Under the pieces are notes generated by a model that was given only the letters and a program-made list of their open reading frames with translations, made no database searches and was not told the DNA's origin. 64,000 nt of DNA, from contig CAVPOM010000008.1 in NCBI GenBank assembly GCA_963707025.1, positions 32,001-96,000 on the forward strand, written 5' to 3'. The stretch is from an uncultured Verrucomicrobiae bacterium (lineage in GTDB: Bacteria; Verrucomicrobiota; Verrucomicrobiia; Limisphaerales; Palsa-1400). A program made the translations under genes and the position numbers. Positions 1-10,850 of the stretch are shown here, in pieces; positions within the stretch are counted from its first letter, which is position 1; each line of letters starts with the position of its first letter.

Positions 1-164
1 GGGTATTACACCGAAAGCGAAGAACCGGTGGGGCTTTATCGGGGACTCCGCACATGGCCAAATCGGCAAGAAATACGTCAACCATCGCGTGCCTGACGAA
101 TTTAGGAAACGCGGAGCCGCCAATCCCATAAAATATACCTACAAGTAGATTCCAAAAGGCCAGG

Positions 165-1457
165 ATGCTGTTCTACAAATATCAACGGCCGGATAATTTG
201 GCGTTTAGCATGCTCCGCAAGGGCGAAGTCTACTTCGCTTCCGTGGGTGAGCTGAACGATGCGAGCGAGTGCCGGCCGAGATTTATTTTCAAGGGTAGCG
301 AAGAGCTCTGGCAACGCTTGACCCACTACATTCTTCTGGAGGCATGCTGCTCCTCAGACTATTTGCAGCCCGACAGATTAGACGCGGTAAAACCGATTCT
401 GAATCTCAGCGATCACATTGGTAGCAGTTTAAAGAAAGCGGCAGGCAACCGGGATCTGGGATTTGAAAGCTTCAGCAAAGTGTTTCGAGACGCGCTGGAA
501 CACCATTTGCCGAGCGAGATTCCACATATTAACCGCGGTTTCTATCTCCATCTGGTTCAGACGTTCATCGAACAAGATCTGCCAAGAGTGATCGCCGATG
601 ACAAGTATATTGCCTCCTTTTCGCGGAACGCTACGAATCCCACGATGTGGGGGCATTACGCCGACGCCGAGCGAGGATTCGTGATCGTGTATGAAACAAC
701 GAATGGCTACATTCACGTTCACTCGCCCATTAATCTGCTGCACGGACACAGGCCATCAAAGCATTTTGAAGGAGTCACGGAAATTGGGATATACAGGGAC
801 GAGCATCTGGAATTGAAAGAAGTCAGGTATGGCAAACGACCACCGAAGGCAAACGCCTTCCATCGTTTGATACACAAATTCCCCTATTCCGAGATGGAAG
901 ATCATTACGACGTGCCGCTTAATCTCGCTGGCGACGCGGAATCGAAAGAAGAAGAGCTTGTTGGTTTAGTGAAGTATTCCGATTGGCGCTACGAGAAAGA
1001 GGTCAGGGCGTTCTTCCCGGCCTTCGATACAATCCTTCCGGATGCTCGCGTTCTCCAAATCGGACTGCCCAATCTGAAAGGTGTGATTTTTGGACCTCGA
1101 ATGTCGTTTGAAAACAAGGCGCGGACCGTTCTGTGCTGCCATCTGCTGGTCGAATCTCGCAACCAACTGTCGGAGACCCGCGGAGAGTTCCAGTTTTTCC
1201 AAGCCCGGCAGTCGTTTGATCGCTTTGATTTTCAGATGTTGCCGGTGGGAATTCTCGATGAGCACTATTTTGCTCGTCACCTACCAGTGAAGCCGATGGA
1301 GAAATTGGATGGGGAGACTCTGGAGAGGCTACGAGCGGTGGCAGCATCAATTGCTGCCTCTAGTTCGACGAGGGCTTACACCGCGAAAATTGACAAACAA
1401 GACCCTGCACCCAATAGCGGCCCACCCTCTCTATCGCCGACGTTGCAGGAAATTTAG
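165..1457 (+). CDS. DUF2971-like protein
   Basis: 430-aa ORF with LND..E, MWGHYAD..RGF and W.YEKE.R motifs typical of this family. Confidence 0.7.
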   Translation: MLFYKYQRPDNLAFSMLRKGEVYFASVGELNDASECRPRFIFKGSEELWQRLTHYILLEACCSSDYLQPDRLDAVKPILNLSDHIGSSLKKAAGNRDLGFESFSKVFRDALEHHLPSEIPHINRGFYLHLVQTFIEQDLPRVIADDKYIASFSRNATNPTMWGHYADAERGFVIVYETTNGYIHVHSPINLLHGHRPSKHFEGVTEIGIYRDEHLELKEVRYGKRPPKANAFHRLIHKFPYSEMEDHYDVPLNLAGDAESKEEELVGLVKYSDWRYEKEVRAFFPAFDTILPDARVLQIGLPNLKGVIFGPRMSFENKARTVLCCHLLVESRNQLSETRGEFQFFQARQSFDRFDFQMLPVGILDEHYFARHLPVKPMEKLDGETLERLRAVAASIAASSSTRAYTAKIDKQDPAPNSGPPSLSPTLQEI

Positions 1458-1524
1458 TCGCTCGATTCACAGCGGAGGTCACCTTCGGCGGCAGTCGCAG
1501 GCGGCGGAGCTGAGTTCGTTAGGC
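1392..1524 (+). repeat. attC-like site
   Basis: ACAAAC...imperfect palindrome...GTTAGGC; next ORF starts just downstream at 1539. Confidence 0.5.
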
Positions 1525-1538
1525 CACTCGACCTCACC

Positions 1539-1850
1539 ATGAAATATCAGCTTGTCCTTCAGTTCCGTGGCGATTCACTCGCCGATTACGACGCGATGAT
1601 TGCCTTAGAAGACCGGCTGATTGATGATTTGGGGCATTCAGCCAAGGTTGATGGGCATGATTGCGGCTCAGGCGAGACGAACATTTTTATTCACACTTTC
1701 GACCCGGCTGCTACTTTTTTGAGAGTGCGGCATACTTTGGAGCGAGAGGGCCGCTTGGAAACGGTCAGAGCAGCTTACCGTGATGTTCAGGGCGAGAATT
1801 TTACGGTGCTTTGGCCGGAAGGTTCGCGAGAAGATTTTAGAGTAATATGA
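1539..1850 (+). CDS. hypothetical protein
   Basis: 103-aa ORF directly after attC-like site. Confidence 0.65.
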   Translation: MKYQLVLQFRGDSLADYDAMIALEDRLIDDLGHSAKVDGHDCGSGETNIFIHTFDPAATFLRVRHTLEREGRLETVRAAYRDVQGENFTVLWPEGSREDFRVI

Positions 1851-1857
1851 GACACGA

Positions 1858-2373
1858 ATGGCGCTCATGAAAGCCGGAACTAATCGACGAGACGCTGCCG
1901 CTGTAGGTAAAAAAGCCGGGACCTACTTGGCGCTAGGAGCCGCTTTGCTCGGGATGATGAGCGTTGTGTGGGTTGCGCAGGGAGACCGTTCGGAAAATTG
2001 GCCCGTTCGCGCTTGGGTTCTCTTTTGGGCCCTAATTGCGGCGGGACTGCTCAGTATAGTCGCAGGCATTCTGGCTACGGGGACCACGCTCGAGGAGCGG
2101 TTGCGCGCTCTGCCTAAAACCGGACTGAAGATGCTGCTCGGCCTCGGCGCCCTGGCGATATTGTTTGGATGGGTGAAAGTTATCCATTTCATTTTCCCCT
2201 CGCTTGATGCGGCTGGCCTCAAGTTCGTGGTAAAGCTTTCCGTGGCGGTTGTCCCAATCTTGCTGGTCATTGGGGCAATATTGGTTTTCAAAGTGCGGTC
2301 AAAAAAAGTTAAGAAGAGAATAGACCGGGCAATGAGGAATGCTTGTGATAGCAAAGAAACAACTCGGGGATAG
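1858..2373 (+). CDS. hypothetical membrane protein
   Basis: four hydrophobic segments. Confidence 0.6.
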   Translation: MALMKAGTNRRDAAAVGKKAGTYLALGAALLGMMSVVWVAQGDRSENWPVRAWVLFWALIAAGLLSIVAGILATGTTLEERLRALPKTGLKMLLGLGALAILFGWVKVIHFIFPSLDAAGLKFVVKLSVAVVPILLVIGAILVFKVRSKKVKKRIDRAMRNACDSKETTRG

Positions 2374-2385
2374 AGCGATAGGCTG

Positions 2386-2481
2386 CGCTAACTCTTCGCG
2401 GGAGCAAATGGCTGGCCCGGAGTGGTCTTGGCTATTCGGAAATCGCGAAAGGGCCAGCCATCGCCCACCTCCACGTTAGCC
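2386..2481 (+). repeat. attC-like site
   Basis: GCTAAC...ATGGCTGGCCC/GGGCCAGCCAT internal inverted repeat...GTTAGC; next ATG at 2489. Confidence 0.55.
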
Positions 2482-2488
2482 GCGCGAC

Positions 2489-3124
2489 ATGATCCACGCA
2501 CTTCCAGGAATGGGCGCTGATCGGCGCATGTATCCGTCACCTTGGGGGACGCTTCCTGATTTCATGGCACATGATTGGGTCCGGCACCACGGCGAGAAGT
2601 GCCTGGCCGAGGTCGCTCAGTCCATGTGCATCGCTCGAGGCATCCAGGATGGCGACATCCTCATCGGCTCCTCCTTGGGCGGCATGGTTGCATGCGAGAT
2701 CACGAAAATCCGCAGAATCCCCAGGCTGTATCTGGTGGGAAGTGCGACCAGAAAAGAGGAGGTGAGCCGCCTCTTGGCCGCCCTTCATCCCCTTGCGCGA
2801 GTGGCGCCGCTGGATTGGCTGCGTCTCTCGGCTGGTAGTATTCCAATCGAGCTTGCCCAGATGTTCACGACGATTGAGGCCTCGTTTGTGCGGGCGATGT
2901 GCTCGGCGATCTTTGAGTGGGAGGGATTGGGGACTCCAGCTACGCGAGTGTTTCGGATCCATGGGCGGCGCGACCTTTTGATTCCCCCACCTGAGGAAGT
3001 GCATTTACTGCTCGATGGCGGGCACTTAATCTCAGTTTCGCACGCCAAAGATTGCGCGGAGTTTATCGGGGCAAACGAGAGCAAGCAGCGGACTGGAGGC
3101 AGCCGTTCCGCTCGGACCGTGTGA
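2489..3124 (+). CDS. alpha/beta hydrolase fold protein
   Basis: PGMGAD oxyanion region, GSSLGG nucleophile elbow, IHG..D and GGH motifs. Confidence 0.8.
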   Translation: MIHALPGMGADRRMYPSPWGTLPDFMAHDWVRHHGEKCLAEVAQSMCIARGIQDGDILIGSSLGGMVACEITKIRRIPRLYLVGSATRKEEVSRLLAALHPLARVAPLDWLRLSAGSIPIELAQMFTTIEASFVRAMCSAIFEWEGLGTPATRVFRIHGRRDLLIPPPEEVHLLLDGGHLISVSHAKDCAEFIGANESKQRTGGSRSARTV

Positions 3125-3130
3125 GTCAGA

Positions 3131-3748
3131 TCAGAGAGTCACGCCGGGGCTTTTTTCGTAGGCTGCGCCCATGTGACAAAGTTCATCGAGCGTTTCGGAA
3201 AACAGGTCATACAATAGTTTCAGCCGGTCCACATCCTTGATGACGCCGGTCACTCGGAAATACAATTCGTCCACGTCCGACGGGAAGTTCCGCCCACCCC
3301 AGAACCGGTCCTCGTCATCCTTCACGCAAAAATGGATCGTCGGCTGGGCGCTGATGAGCTCGCGCAGCTTGGCATCGGCAAAGAGGCGTCTCACCTTGGC
3401 CTCGTCATTCCCCTTGATGATGAAGTCCTCGTCGAATTGCGGATCGCCCACCTCCACGTCCTGCATCCCCAGCCATTTGCCGATGTCGCTGAAAATGCCG
3501 CGCCGATAGATGGTGAACTGAAATCCTTCCGGGTTGACATAGGGCGCGCGCATCCGGGTGTAGGTGACGGAGGATTTGCCGGTGGAGACGGTATAAGTGT
3601 CCAGCGTGATGATCCACTGGCCATGCGCGGCCTCCACCTTGCTGCGGCCCCAAAAACCGCCTTCGGTCATATTGCCACCGACGGCAGCGGCGAATTGCTG
3701 CCAGATTTCGTCGCGGCTGGGACCAAATAAATCGCGGAGAATGCTCAT
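3131..3748 (-). CDS. conserved hypothetical protein
   Basis: 205-aa ORF with strong GC3 codon bias. Confidence 0.7.
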   Translation of the reverse strand: MSILRDLFGPSRDEIWQQFAAAVGGNMTEGGFWGRSKVEAAHGQWIITLDTYTVSTGKSSVTYTRMRAPYVNPEGFQFTIYRRGIFSDIGKWLGMQDVEVGDPQFDEDFIIKGNDEAKVRRLFADAKLRELISAQPTIHFCVKDDEDRFWGGRNFPSDVDELYFRVTGVIKDVDRLKLLYDLFSETLDELCHMGAAYEKSPGVTL

Positions 3749-4526
3749 CTGTTGGAGGCGACTTTAGGTCTGATGTTCCCAGCCGTCCATTATAAATGGG
3801 AAGGCGAATTGGAATCCAAAGGGGTGATGACATCCATCGGACTGCCGGTTGTTCGCGTCGAGGAACGGAACAACGGCACACACTGACCCACTAACAGCCC
3901 GTTAAACCAAACTGCCGAGCCGCTTGGTTAGAGGGGATATCCTTGCCCAGCGGGCCGTTCAGCACATTGACGATCTCTTCTCGGAATGGCACATTCACGG
4001 CAATGGACCCCAATCCGACAATCGAGCAGTTCATTTTCAATTTCATTCAGGAGCGGACCGCGGCTTTGAAAATGGTGTTGGAAAGTCGCCAGGCTTACCG
4101 GCGGTGTTTTTACGATAGCGAATGTCTTTGGGACAGCCGCCGCGGGGGTGTCGAGCTGAGTGAAGGGGAAAAGATTGTCACCGTATCGCCGTTGGAAGTG
4201 GGGTTTGTGGTCTTGACGAGCGGGTCCCACCCCAACCATCGGTCACGTTACCATGTGAGGCCGTCCGGTGATAGTTGGCTGATTGACGAAGTTGATACGG
4301 AATGTCTTCACTGCCGTTTGTCTGGCACATCGTTTGCATGTCCTGAATGCGGCGGGATGGGATGGAGAAAGTGGAAAGATCGGTCGGAACTCCAATAGCA
4401 ACGCACTGTGCCCCCAGCGAGACACGCCGTAATTGAAGAATTGGAAGGAGGTTTGCATAGTGACCTGGCCGTCGAACGATTTATGACCGACCATTTTCGA
4501 GAGCGGACTGATGCACTAAAAAAAGA

Positions 4527-5977
4527 CACAGCCATCCCACAGGAAATTGGAAAAAAGTGTTGGCTTGACCATTTGAACCTGCCACAAGGCAGGCATGAAA
4601 AACAAAAAAATCAAACCGACACGGTCCCGGTTTAACGTTTTGCGCCAGATTTGCAATCTCATTCCTGCGCATGAAGTCTCCAAAATAGCGCGGGAGACCG
4701 GGGCTCTGGATAAGTCGCGCACCTTCAGTCCGTGGAGTCACACGGTCAGTTTGCTGGACGCGCAACTCACCCATTGCATCGGACTCAACGATCTGTGCGA
4801 CTCGCTGCAATTGCATTCCGGGCCGCTGTCCACTTTGCGCGGCGCCAGCGCCCCCAGCCGCAACGGCCTCTCCCACGCCAACCGGGAGCGTCCGGCCCAG
4901 ATGGCCGAACAACTCTTCTGGCGGGTCCTGGAGCATTTGAAAGCACAGACGCCCGGCTTTGCCGCGGGCCAGCGCCGTGGCCCCGCCTTCCGTTTCAAGA
5001 TGCCCATCCATGTGATTGATAGCACGACCATGGAACTGGTGGCCAACTGCCTGGACTGGGCCAAGCACCGCCCGCGCAAGGCCGCCGCCAAAACCCATAT
5101 GCGGTTGAATCTGCAGAATCTTTTGCCCGGTTTTGTCATTGTGGACACTGCCGCCGAGCACGACAACCGACGGGCGCGGGAACTGTGCGCCGACTTGAAG
5201 AGCGGCGAAATCGCCTTGTTCGACAAGGGTTATGTGGACTTCGGCCACTTGCGGGATTTGGACGGGCGCGGGGTCTTTTGGGTGACGCGGGCCAAGGAGA
5301 ACATGGGCTATGAGGTGGTGCGGAAAATGCCCGCCTCCAGAGACCCGAAGATTTTGCGCGACGAAGTGATCGTCCTGAGCAACGAGAACAAACCCGCGCC
5401 GGAGTTGATGCGCCGGGTGGTGGCGCTGGTCGAGATTGATGGAGAGGAACGGGAAATGACCTTCCTGACCAACAACCTGGAGTGGAGTCCGCGCAGCGTG
5501 GCCGACCTTTACCGCTGCCGCTGGCAGATCGAAGTCTTCTTCAAACAAATCAAGCAGACCTTGCAGTTGGCGGATTTTCTGGGCCACAACGCCAACGCCG
5601 TGCGCTGGCAGGTGTGGACGGCGCTGTTGACCTACGTGCTGTTGCGCTACCTCAGTCACCTCTCCAACTGGGCGCACAGCTTCACCCGGCTGTTCACGAT
5701 TTTGCGGGCGGCGCTCTGGGAGAAATATGATCTGCTCAATTTGCTGGCGTGCTATGGGACAGCAGGCGGCAGCTTTCGCCACTTGGCGCGGCCCGAGCAG
5801 GCGTATTTCCCCGGCTTCCAATAAAGCTATGGGACAGCACACGCGCCCAAACAGGCGCATACCAAACCCAAAAGCCAAACTCGGAAAAATCAAAATCTCA
5901 TTTTACCCCGAAGACCAATTAAACCCTTGCAAATGAACAGGTCAGCACCAGACTTTTCCCCTTATGAGACGGGTGTG
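4527..5977 (+). mobile_element. IS4-family insertion sequence
   Basis: imperfect TIRs CACAGCCATCCCA / CACACCCGTCTCA; 9-bp direct repeat AAAAAAAGA at 4518-4526 and 5978-5986. Confidence 0.85.
4595..5824 (+). CDS. IS4-family DDE transposase
   Basis: IDSTT, FDKGY and YRCRWQIEVFFKQIKQ (YREK) motifs. Confidence 0.92.
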   Translation: MKNKKIKPTRSRFNVLRQICNLIPAHEVSKIARETGALDKSRTFSPWSHTVSLLDAQLTHCIGLNDLCDSLQLHSGPLSTLRGASAPSRNGLSHANRERPAQMAEQLFWRVLEHLKAQTPGFAAGQRRGPAFRFKMPIHVIDSTTMELVANCLDWAKHRPRKAAAKTHMRLNLQNLLPGFVIVDTAAEHDNRRARELCADLKSGEIALFDKGYVDFGHLRDLDGRGVFWVTRAKENMGYEVVRKMPASRDPKILRDEVIVLSNENKPAPELMRRVVALVEIDGEEREMTFLTNNLEWSPRSVADLYRCRWQIEVFFKQIKQTLQLADFLGHNANAVRWQVWTALLTYVLLRYLSHLSNWAHSFTRLFTILRAALWEKYDLLNLLACYGTAGGSFRHLARPEQAYFPGFQ

Positions 5978-6331
5978 AAAAAAAGAAATGGAAATTTTCG
6001 CTGACTACGCCAGGGGATTTTACAGTCCGGAATGCGATTGGACCCGATGGGTGGTGTCTGTCCAAGCAAGCGAAGCGGAGAGGATTGTGAACATTGCTCC
6101 TGGTGAAAAGAGGGCAAACGTCATCACAAACGGTTTCAGCCCAATGCTTTTGCGATACCATCTGCGGCGGGAAGGACAAGGTTGGCTAATATGCGATGTG
6201 GATACCGTGCCCTGTCTGCTATCAGAGGGGCAGAAGCGCCGATTGCTTTTGGTGTGGAGGAACAATATGGGAGCACAAGAAGACCCAGGGCGGGTTTACG
6301 CGTGGCAAACCGCCAGGGCAAGGACCTCCAG

Positions 6332-7351
6332 ATGAAAACCCGCGGTTTCAGCCCTAAAAATATGAAAATGCTGTTTTACATTTGTTTGGTTTCTCTTTTC
6401 GCGGAAGTCGCGTGGAGTCAGGAACCGATGACTTTGGAACAGTTCAAGAAACTTGTTGATACGCCGGGGGACACCAACGCTTTGCGTCCTGAATTGGCAT
6501 CACTTCCATTCTGGAGGAATGCGAGGTGCAGTATAAGTCTCAAATATCAAGACGGCAGGGTTTTTAAGGAAGAGTGTGCGCGGACCGCCAAGACGGTTGG
6601 CGGCAAGTATATCGTATTCAGCACGGATTCCCAGTATTACAAGCAGACGATGCATGCCATTGCGGGATACGACGAGAATGCTTCGGCAAACCGGCAATGG
6701 GGGCTTTTTGGAGACACGCTTACGGAAGCAACGATGATTTTTGACCCAGAAAGGAAAACCAGTGCCTCGACGGCGACCTACGCCGGTGGTTTCATAGAAA
6801 TTTCTGTAGGAAGCCATTCGGAAAAGGAAATGTCAGACCACACACTCGTGTATAAAGACGGTGTGCTGTTCATGACTCGAGATGTCAAGACGTGGCCAAT
6901 AGTCGCGCCGACAAAAGCCGATCAAACCGGTGCAACGAACGGAGGTTTACCGGCTGACGTTGTGCGGAAAACAATCCAGACCTACCAGATCGGCGTCACC
7001 ACCTTCACCGACTTCAAAAAGGACGCTAATCTGGAGGAAATGAAACCAGTTTCGGACAAACCGACGACTCACCAATATCTGGATCCGCAGTTGGGCTCCA
7101 TGGATTCAAAAATCCCCGGTGCTTTGCCCATTTACACAACTGGCGAGAACAGCCCTTGGAAAATACTCGAGCAAGGCGCGGAATCGAGTTCTGAATCCCG
7201 CACCACATCAGGCATTATGCTCGGCAAACCAAGTTCCTCATCCAGCCAGACAAGCAAATCGAAATTCGTCGTGGGCGATCCCAAAGGCCCGGTTTGCATC
7301 CTCATATTTGACGGCGCAGGAAAACTTACCGAACTCAAGCCTTTGCCATAA
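6332..7351 (+). CDS. hypothetical secreted protein (possibly a fusion of two remnants)
   Basis: N-terminal signal-like segment; start uncertain. Confidence 0.5.
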   Translation: MKTRGFSPKNMKMLFYICLVSLFAEVAWSQEPMTLEQFKKLVDTPGDTNALRPELASLPFWRNARCSISLKYQDGRVFKEECARTAKTVGGKYIVFSTDSQYYKQTMHAIAGYDENASANRQWGLFGDTLTEATMIFDPERKTSASTATYAGGFIEISVGSHSEKEMSDHTLVYKDGVLFMTRDVKTWPIVAPTKADQTGATNGGLPADVVRKTIQTYQIGVTTFTDFKKDANLEEMKPVSDKPTTHQYLDPQLGSMDSKIPGALPIYTTGENSPWKILEQGAESSSESRTTSGIMLGKPSSSSSQTSKSKFVVGDPKGPVCILIFDGAGKLTELKPLP

Positions 7352-7569
7352 GCAGATCCAGATCACCAGTCTCGCCTGTCCAACGACAATGAATGCCAGT
7401 ATCAATCCAGTTTCGAATCAGACGCCTGGCCAAAACGCGCATCCACGGCTCACTTCGAAAGCGGCCGCCCGTCAGCCGTACCGATTCATGGCGCAGACGT
7501 GTGCTTCGATGCACTTAGAGGAGCGCGAGCTGCTGACCACTCGGCTCGAATAGAATAGCAACAACCTGA

Positions 7570-8355
7570 TTAGCCTCCGGCGGAGGACTCGGGAACCCAG
7601 GCACCGAAACCTCCCCTGCCTGAACGTCTCAGGCCGATGCCGGCAAGCACTCGCTGGAACATCGCGCCATACCAGGATGGCCGGGCGACTTCAAAAGATT
7701 CCGGTTGCGAAGGGAGATCAAGCCTCAATCGTTCGAGTTTTATCCCGCCATCCTGCCAACGGCGAAGCGAGTGCGCCAGGTCTGGCTGCGGCTCGTTCCT
7801 GTCTCTTTGAACCAGCATCACGCGTTGGATTCCGCGCGAAGCGAGGAAGTTAGCCGACGGAAAATCCGTAGTGAAAGAGACCGAACGATTGTCAAACTCC
7901 TCCGGCTGCATCGTCCGGCCGGTGCCACGCCTGTTGGCGTCGAGGAGGAAAACGGGCGGTGCATCAAATGGCAGTTTTGTTCGGACGAGTTGTGCAGCGC
8001 CCTCTCTCAGAGCGCTGAGGATTGGCAAAACGTCAACTGCCGCCACCGCTTTGCTGGTGAGCGGGTCGAGGAGAAGTTCGCTGTATGGCAGGGGCACGGC
8101 ATTGTAGAGCGGGACGGGTTGATAGCCCCGCCCCGCAAGTGCAACTCCGGTCAGAACGCCTTCTGCGCCCGGGAGGTCGAGCACCAGCGCCGTGTTTGCA
8201 CCTGGCGGCGGAGCCCAGCTCACATCACCCGCCACCTCCGTAGTGGGGATTGGTGACATCTCCGAATCGAGGTGCGCGAACAAAACCGGCTTGGCCCAGC
8301 GCGACCAGGGCGAGTCGTCCAGCGCCCAAATTGAAAGGATTTCTTCTTTATTCAT
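7570..8355 (-). CDS. hypothetical protein
   Basis: start overlaps the stop of the upstream ATP-grasp gene. Confidence 0.65.
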   Translation of the reverse strand: MNKEEILSIWALDDSPWSRWAKPVLFAHLDSEMSPIPTTEVAGDVSWAPPPGANTALVLDLPGAEGVLTGVALAGRGYQPVPLYNAVPLPYSELLLDPLTSKAVAAVDVLPILSALREGAAQLVRTKLPFDAPPVFLLDANRRGTGRTMQPEEFDNRSVSFTTDFPSANFLASRGIQRVMLVQRDRNEPQPDLAHSLRRWQDGGIKLERLRLDLPSQPESFEVARPSWYGAMFQRVLAGIGLRRSGRGGFGAWVPESSAGG

Positions 8356-9625
8356 CGTCTTCGAGGAGCAGCGCAATATCCGCCGCCGCAAAATCAATCA
8401 CAGGTTGTTTGGAGCAACGCGCATAGGCGCCTGCGGTTCGTCCGTTCACGGTATATACCCCCACGCACACATGTCGCAGCCCGAGCGGCGTGGACACGGG
8501 CACGGACTCGAAACGCCGTTGAGCCACCCAATTGCCGGGTGAGAGTCCCACGGCCAGCCGCGTCCGCAGCCAGTCCCCAGGCCGCATCAACTCGCGGACG
8601 CTGACGGTATCACCTGTATTGCACAGCGCGGTCTTCAGCAACCAACCGTCATCGCGAGGCCATGGCGCATCCTGCGGGGCGCGTGTTTCAGGAAGCAAGC
8701 CTCGCCAGGTGGGTACCCGAGTGGAAAGTTTATCCCAGACGAGCGGAAAGCGTTTGCTTTCCGAAATGACAGCCAGCGCCGGATTGGCCACGCGCGTTCT
8801 CCCGCCTCGAAAGAAGTATTCCCAGCCGGATTTTTCCGGCAGCCGTGAAAACCACTCGGCCTGGTAAAACCGAACAATCGCATCCAGCGGCCCGCGATGC
8901 CATGCGGTCACAAGATAAGCCAAGCCCTCGCGCCAAAACACCTGTTCCGGCTTGGCCAGATGCGGGTGGCATCCGCGTTCACGCAGCCGCGCTGCCAGAT
9001 ACGCGATGACCTGATGATCCTCCATGTAACCAGGTGCCGATAATAGAGCGACCACGCCGGACGGCCCCGCGGCTGCGGCAAGCGCGTCGCTCCAAACGTT
9101 ACCGGGATTTCCAGTGGGTCGGAGATGCGGAAAGTGTTGCGCCATCAGAGTGGTGAAACAGGACGCTTCCGTGAATCCGCCCGGCACATCGCTGTTGGCT
9201 TCAGAGATTCGCCAGCCCTGGGTGGTGTAATGGAAATCAAACCGCATCACGCGGCCTGCTGCGGGCGTCAGCGGCGCTTTCCCTGCCAAGACTCGACACA
9301 ATGAACGCGGCAACCCCAAAGGACTGAGCAATTCCGGCCGCCGCGAAATCTCTTCCTCTGCGGCAATTGCTTCGGAGGTGAGTTGTTCAGCCTGGGAAGC
9401 GATTTGTCTCCAGGCGCTCGATTTTAACACAAGCGGAAACGGGGTCAGGGTGTCTTCGTCGCCGACTTGCGGGTCCCATTTGCACCCCTCCAACACAGCG
9501 CGCCGACGGAGAGCGGAGAACGGCTCTGCATTAACCGCCTCTTCGGCCCGCAAGTCATGAGGGTTCTCCACCGTTCGTGGAGGGGACTCAGGTTCGCGCC
9601 ATCGTGTCGTGAGAGAAGTTGTCAT
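8348..9625 (-). CDS. glutathionylspermidine synthase-like ATP-grasp protein
   Basis: RFDFH, ISEANSDVPGGF and ESKR motifs; ATG overlaps upstream stop. Confidence 0.7.
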   Translation of the reverse strand: MTTSLTTRWREPESPPRTVENPHDLRAEEAVNAEPFSALRRRAVLEGCKWDPQVGDEDTLTPFPLVLKSSAWRQIASQAEQLTSEAIAAEEEISRRPELLSPLGLPRSLCRVLAGKAPLTPAAGRVMRFDFHYTTQGWRISEANSDVPGGFTEASCFTTLMAQHFPHLRPTGNPGNVWSDALAAAAGPSGVVALLSAPGYMEDHQVIAYLAARLRERGCHPHLAKPEQVFWREGLAYLVTAWHRGPLDAIVRFYQAEWFSRLPEKSGWEYFFRGGRTRVANPALAVISESKRFPLVWDKLSTRVPTWRGLLPETRAPQDAPWPRDDGWLLKTALCNTGDTVSVRELMRPGDWLRTRLAVGLSPGNWVAQRRFESVPVSTPLGLRHVCVGVYTVNGRTAGAYARCSKQPVIDFAAADIALLLEDDE

Positions 9626-10332
9626 TTGGGCATCCCTTCCCAAGGGCCAAGATGCCACACCCAGGTTGCGCCAAACACAAGATAAAGCAGAGCCGGAAGC
9701 ACTCCGTATCCCGGCCACGCCGGAAATGGACGGTGCCGACTCGGCCGGGCGAATCTCTCGATGAACAACGCGATCGCGAATAAGACAGCCGCCGGCCAGC
9801 CATCGTGAATAAAATCGCGGATTGTCGCACCCTCCGAATGCCAGTCCCCGGCCACGGCGCGCCCCAGCATCAGCCCGATCGCCAGCAGGAAACCGCCCAG
9901 CCTCAGACCGGAAGCCAGGTCGCGTTCTTCTGCGATGGACCTGGAGACTCTCGCTCCAACCTCGAGCAGTATCCAGAACACGAGCAAACCTGCTGTCCCA
10001 AGTCCCGCAGAGAAAATGTTGTTCCAATACGAAGGTCCTTCCCCGATGCTGCCGCCGGCATAGATGAAGGATACACCGATGATCGCACCACAAAGAGCGA
10101 CCAGGGCCGCCATATTCTTTCGCTCCGTGACATCGTCGCGAAGACTTAAACCGAGCCAGGAAAAAAGCAAGGTCGCAAGGATGAGCCAAACTGTTCCCAT
10201 GGCCGTAAGATAAAACACCTCGCCGGCATCGGCCCGGATCTCTGCCGCACCCCACAGATGCAGCGCCACGGCGACCATGATCAGGCTCCCCGCGACACAG
10301 AGGCCGAACGCCCAGCGCAGGCTACTTTTCAT
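9622..10332 (-). CDS. DUF350-like membrane protein
   Basis: repeated E.KN.AA / EERDLA.G helix pairs; next to a GSP-like gene. Confidence 0.55.
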   Translation of the reverse strand: MKSSLRWAFGLCVAGSLIMVAVALHLWGAAEIRADAGEVFYLTAMGTVWLILATLLFSWLGLSLRDDVTERKNMAALVALCGAIIGVSFIYAGGSIGEGPSYWNNIFSAGLGTAGLLVFWILLEVGARVSRSIAEERDLASGLRLGGFLLAIGLMLGRAVAGDWHSEGATIRDFIHDGWPAAVLFAIALFIERFARPSRHRPFPAWPGYGVLPALLYLVFGATWVWHLGPWEGMPK

Positions 10333-10712
10333 AACGGATCTGTGATGATTGTTGAGGTTTCAGCATCGCCAGATAAGCGAGCTTGCCCTCCACTTTCGCG
10401 CGGGCGCCATCTGTGACCTCGCTCTTGCTTTTGTGGGACACCTCGCCAAACCGGGCCAACGGCATGGATCAGATGCCGTGCCTTCAGATTGCCGCCCGTC
10501 GTGATGACCGCGTCCCCAATGGGACAACCCCCTATTTTCCGGCACTCTTCATAAATTTTTGTCCCGCCCTTTGTGTGGATGCTTCCATCCGTGCCCGACC
10601 CTTTGTTGAGCCGCCAGTGTGCAGCCGTCACGACGGCATCGGTATCCTGTTCGGCGATGTCACCCGTTACCAAGCGCAGGATGGTCTTTCCAATTTTTGT
10701 TTCAGTCGGCAT
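10329..10712 (-). pseudogene. truncated macro domain (O-acetyl-ADP-ribose deacetylase-like)
   Basis: GDI, AVITTGGNLKA..IHAVGPVW motifs, then similarity is lost. Confidence 0.65.
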
Positions 10713-10850
10713 GGTGCGATGATCGCTGTTCGCCACCGAATTCTTTCACCGGTGAAGATATTCTCCCTGCCAACGGAATTTGTCGAGGGCGCCGTGTTCC
10801 TTGGAAATGGGTTCCGGTTTCGGCCACAATTTTGCCTGTGAATCAACGGA

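Larger units (their letters stand above)
4003..6335 (+). pseudogene. two-repeat hypothetical protein disrupted by a TAG (4396-4398) and by the IS
   Basis: repeats ERT.ALK...FY.SEC.W...RYH.R..G..WLI..VDT on both sides of the IS; ...ERTDALKK|EMEIF... rejoins across the IS. Confidence 0.6.
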
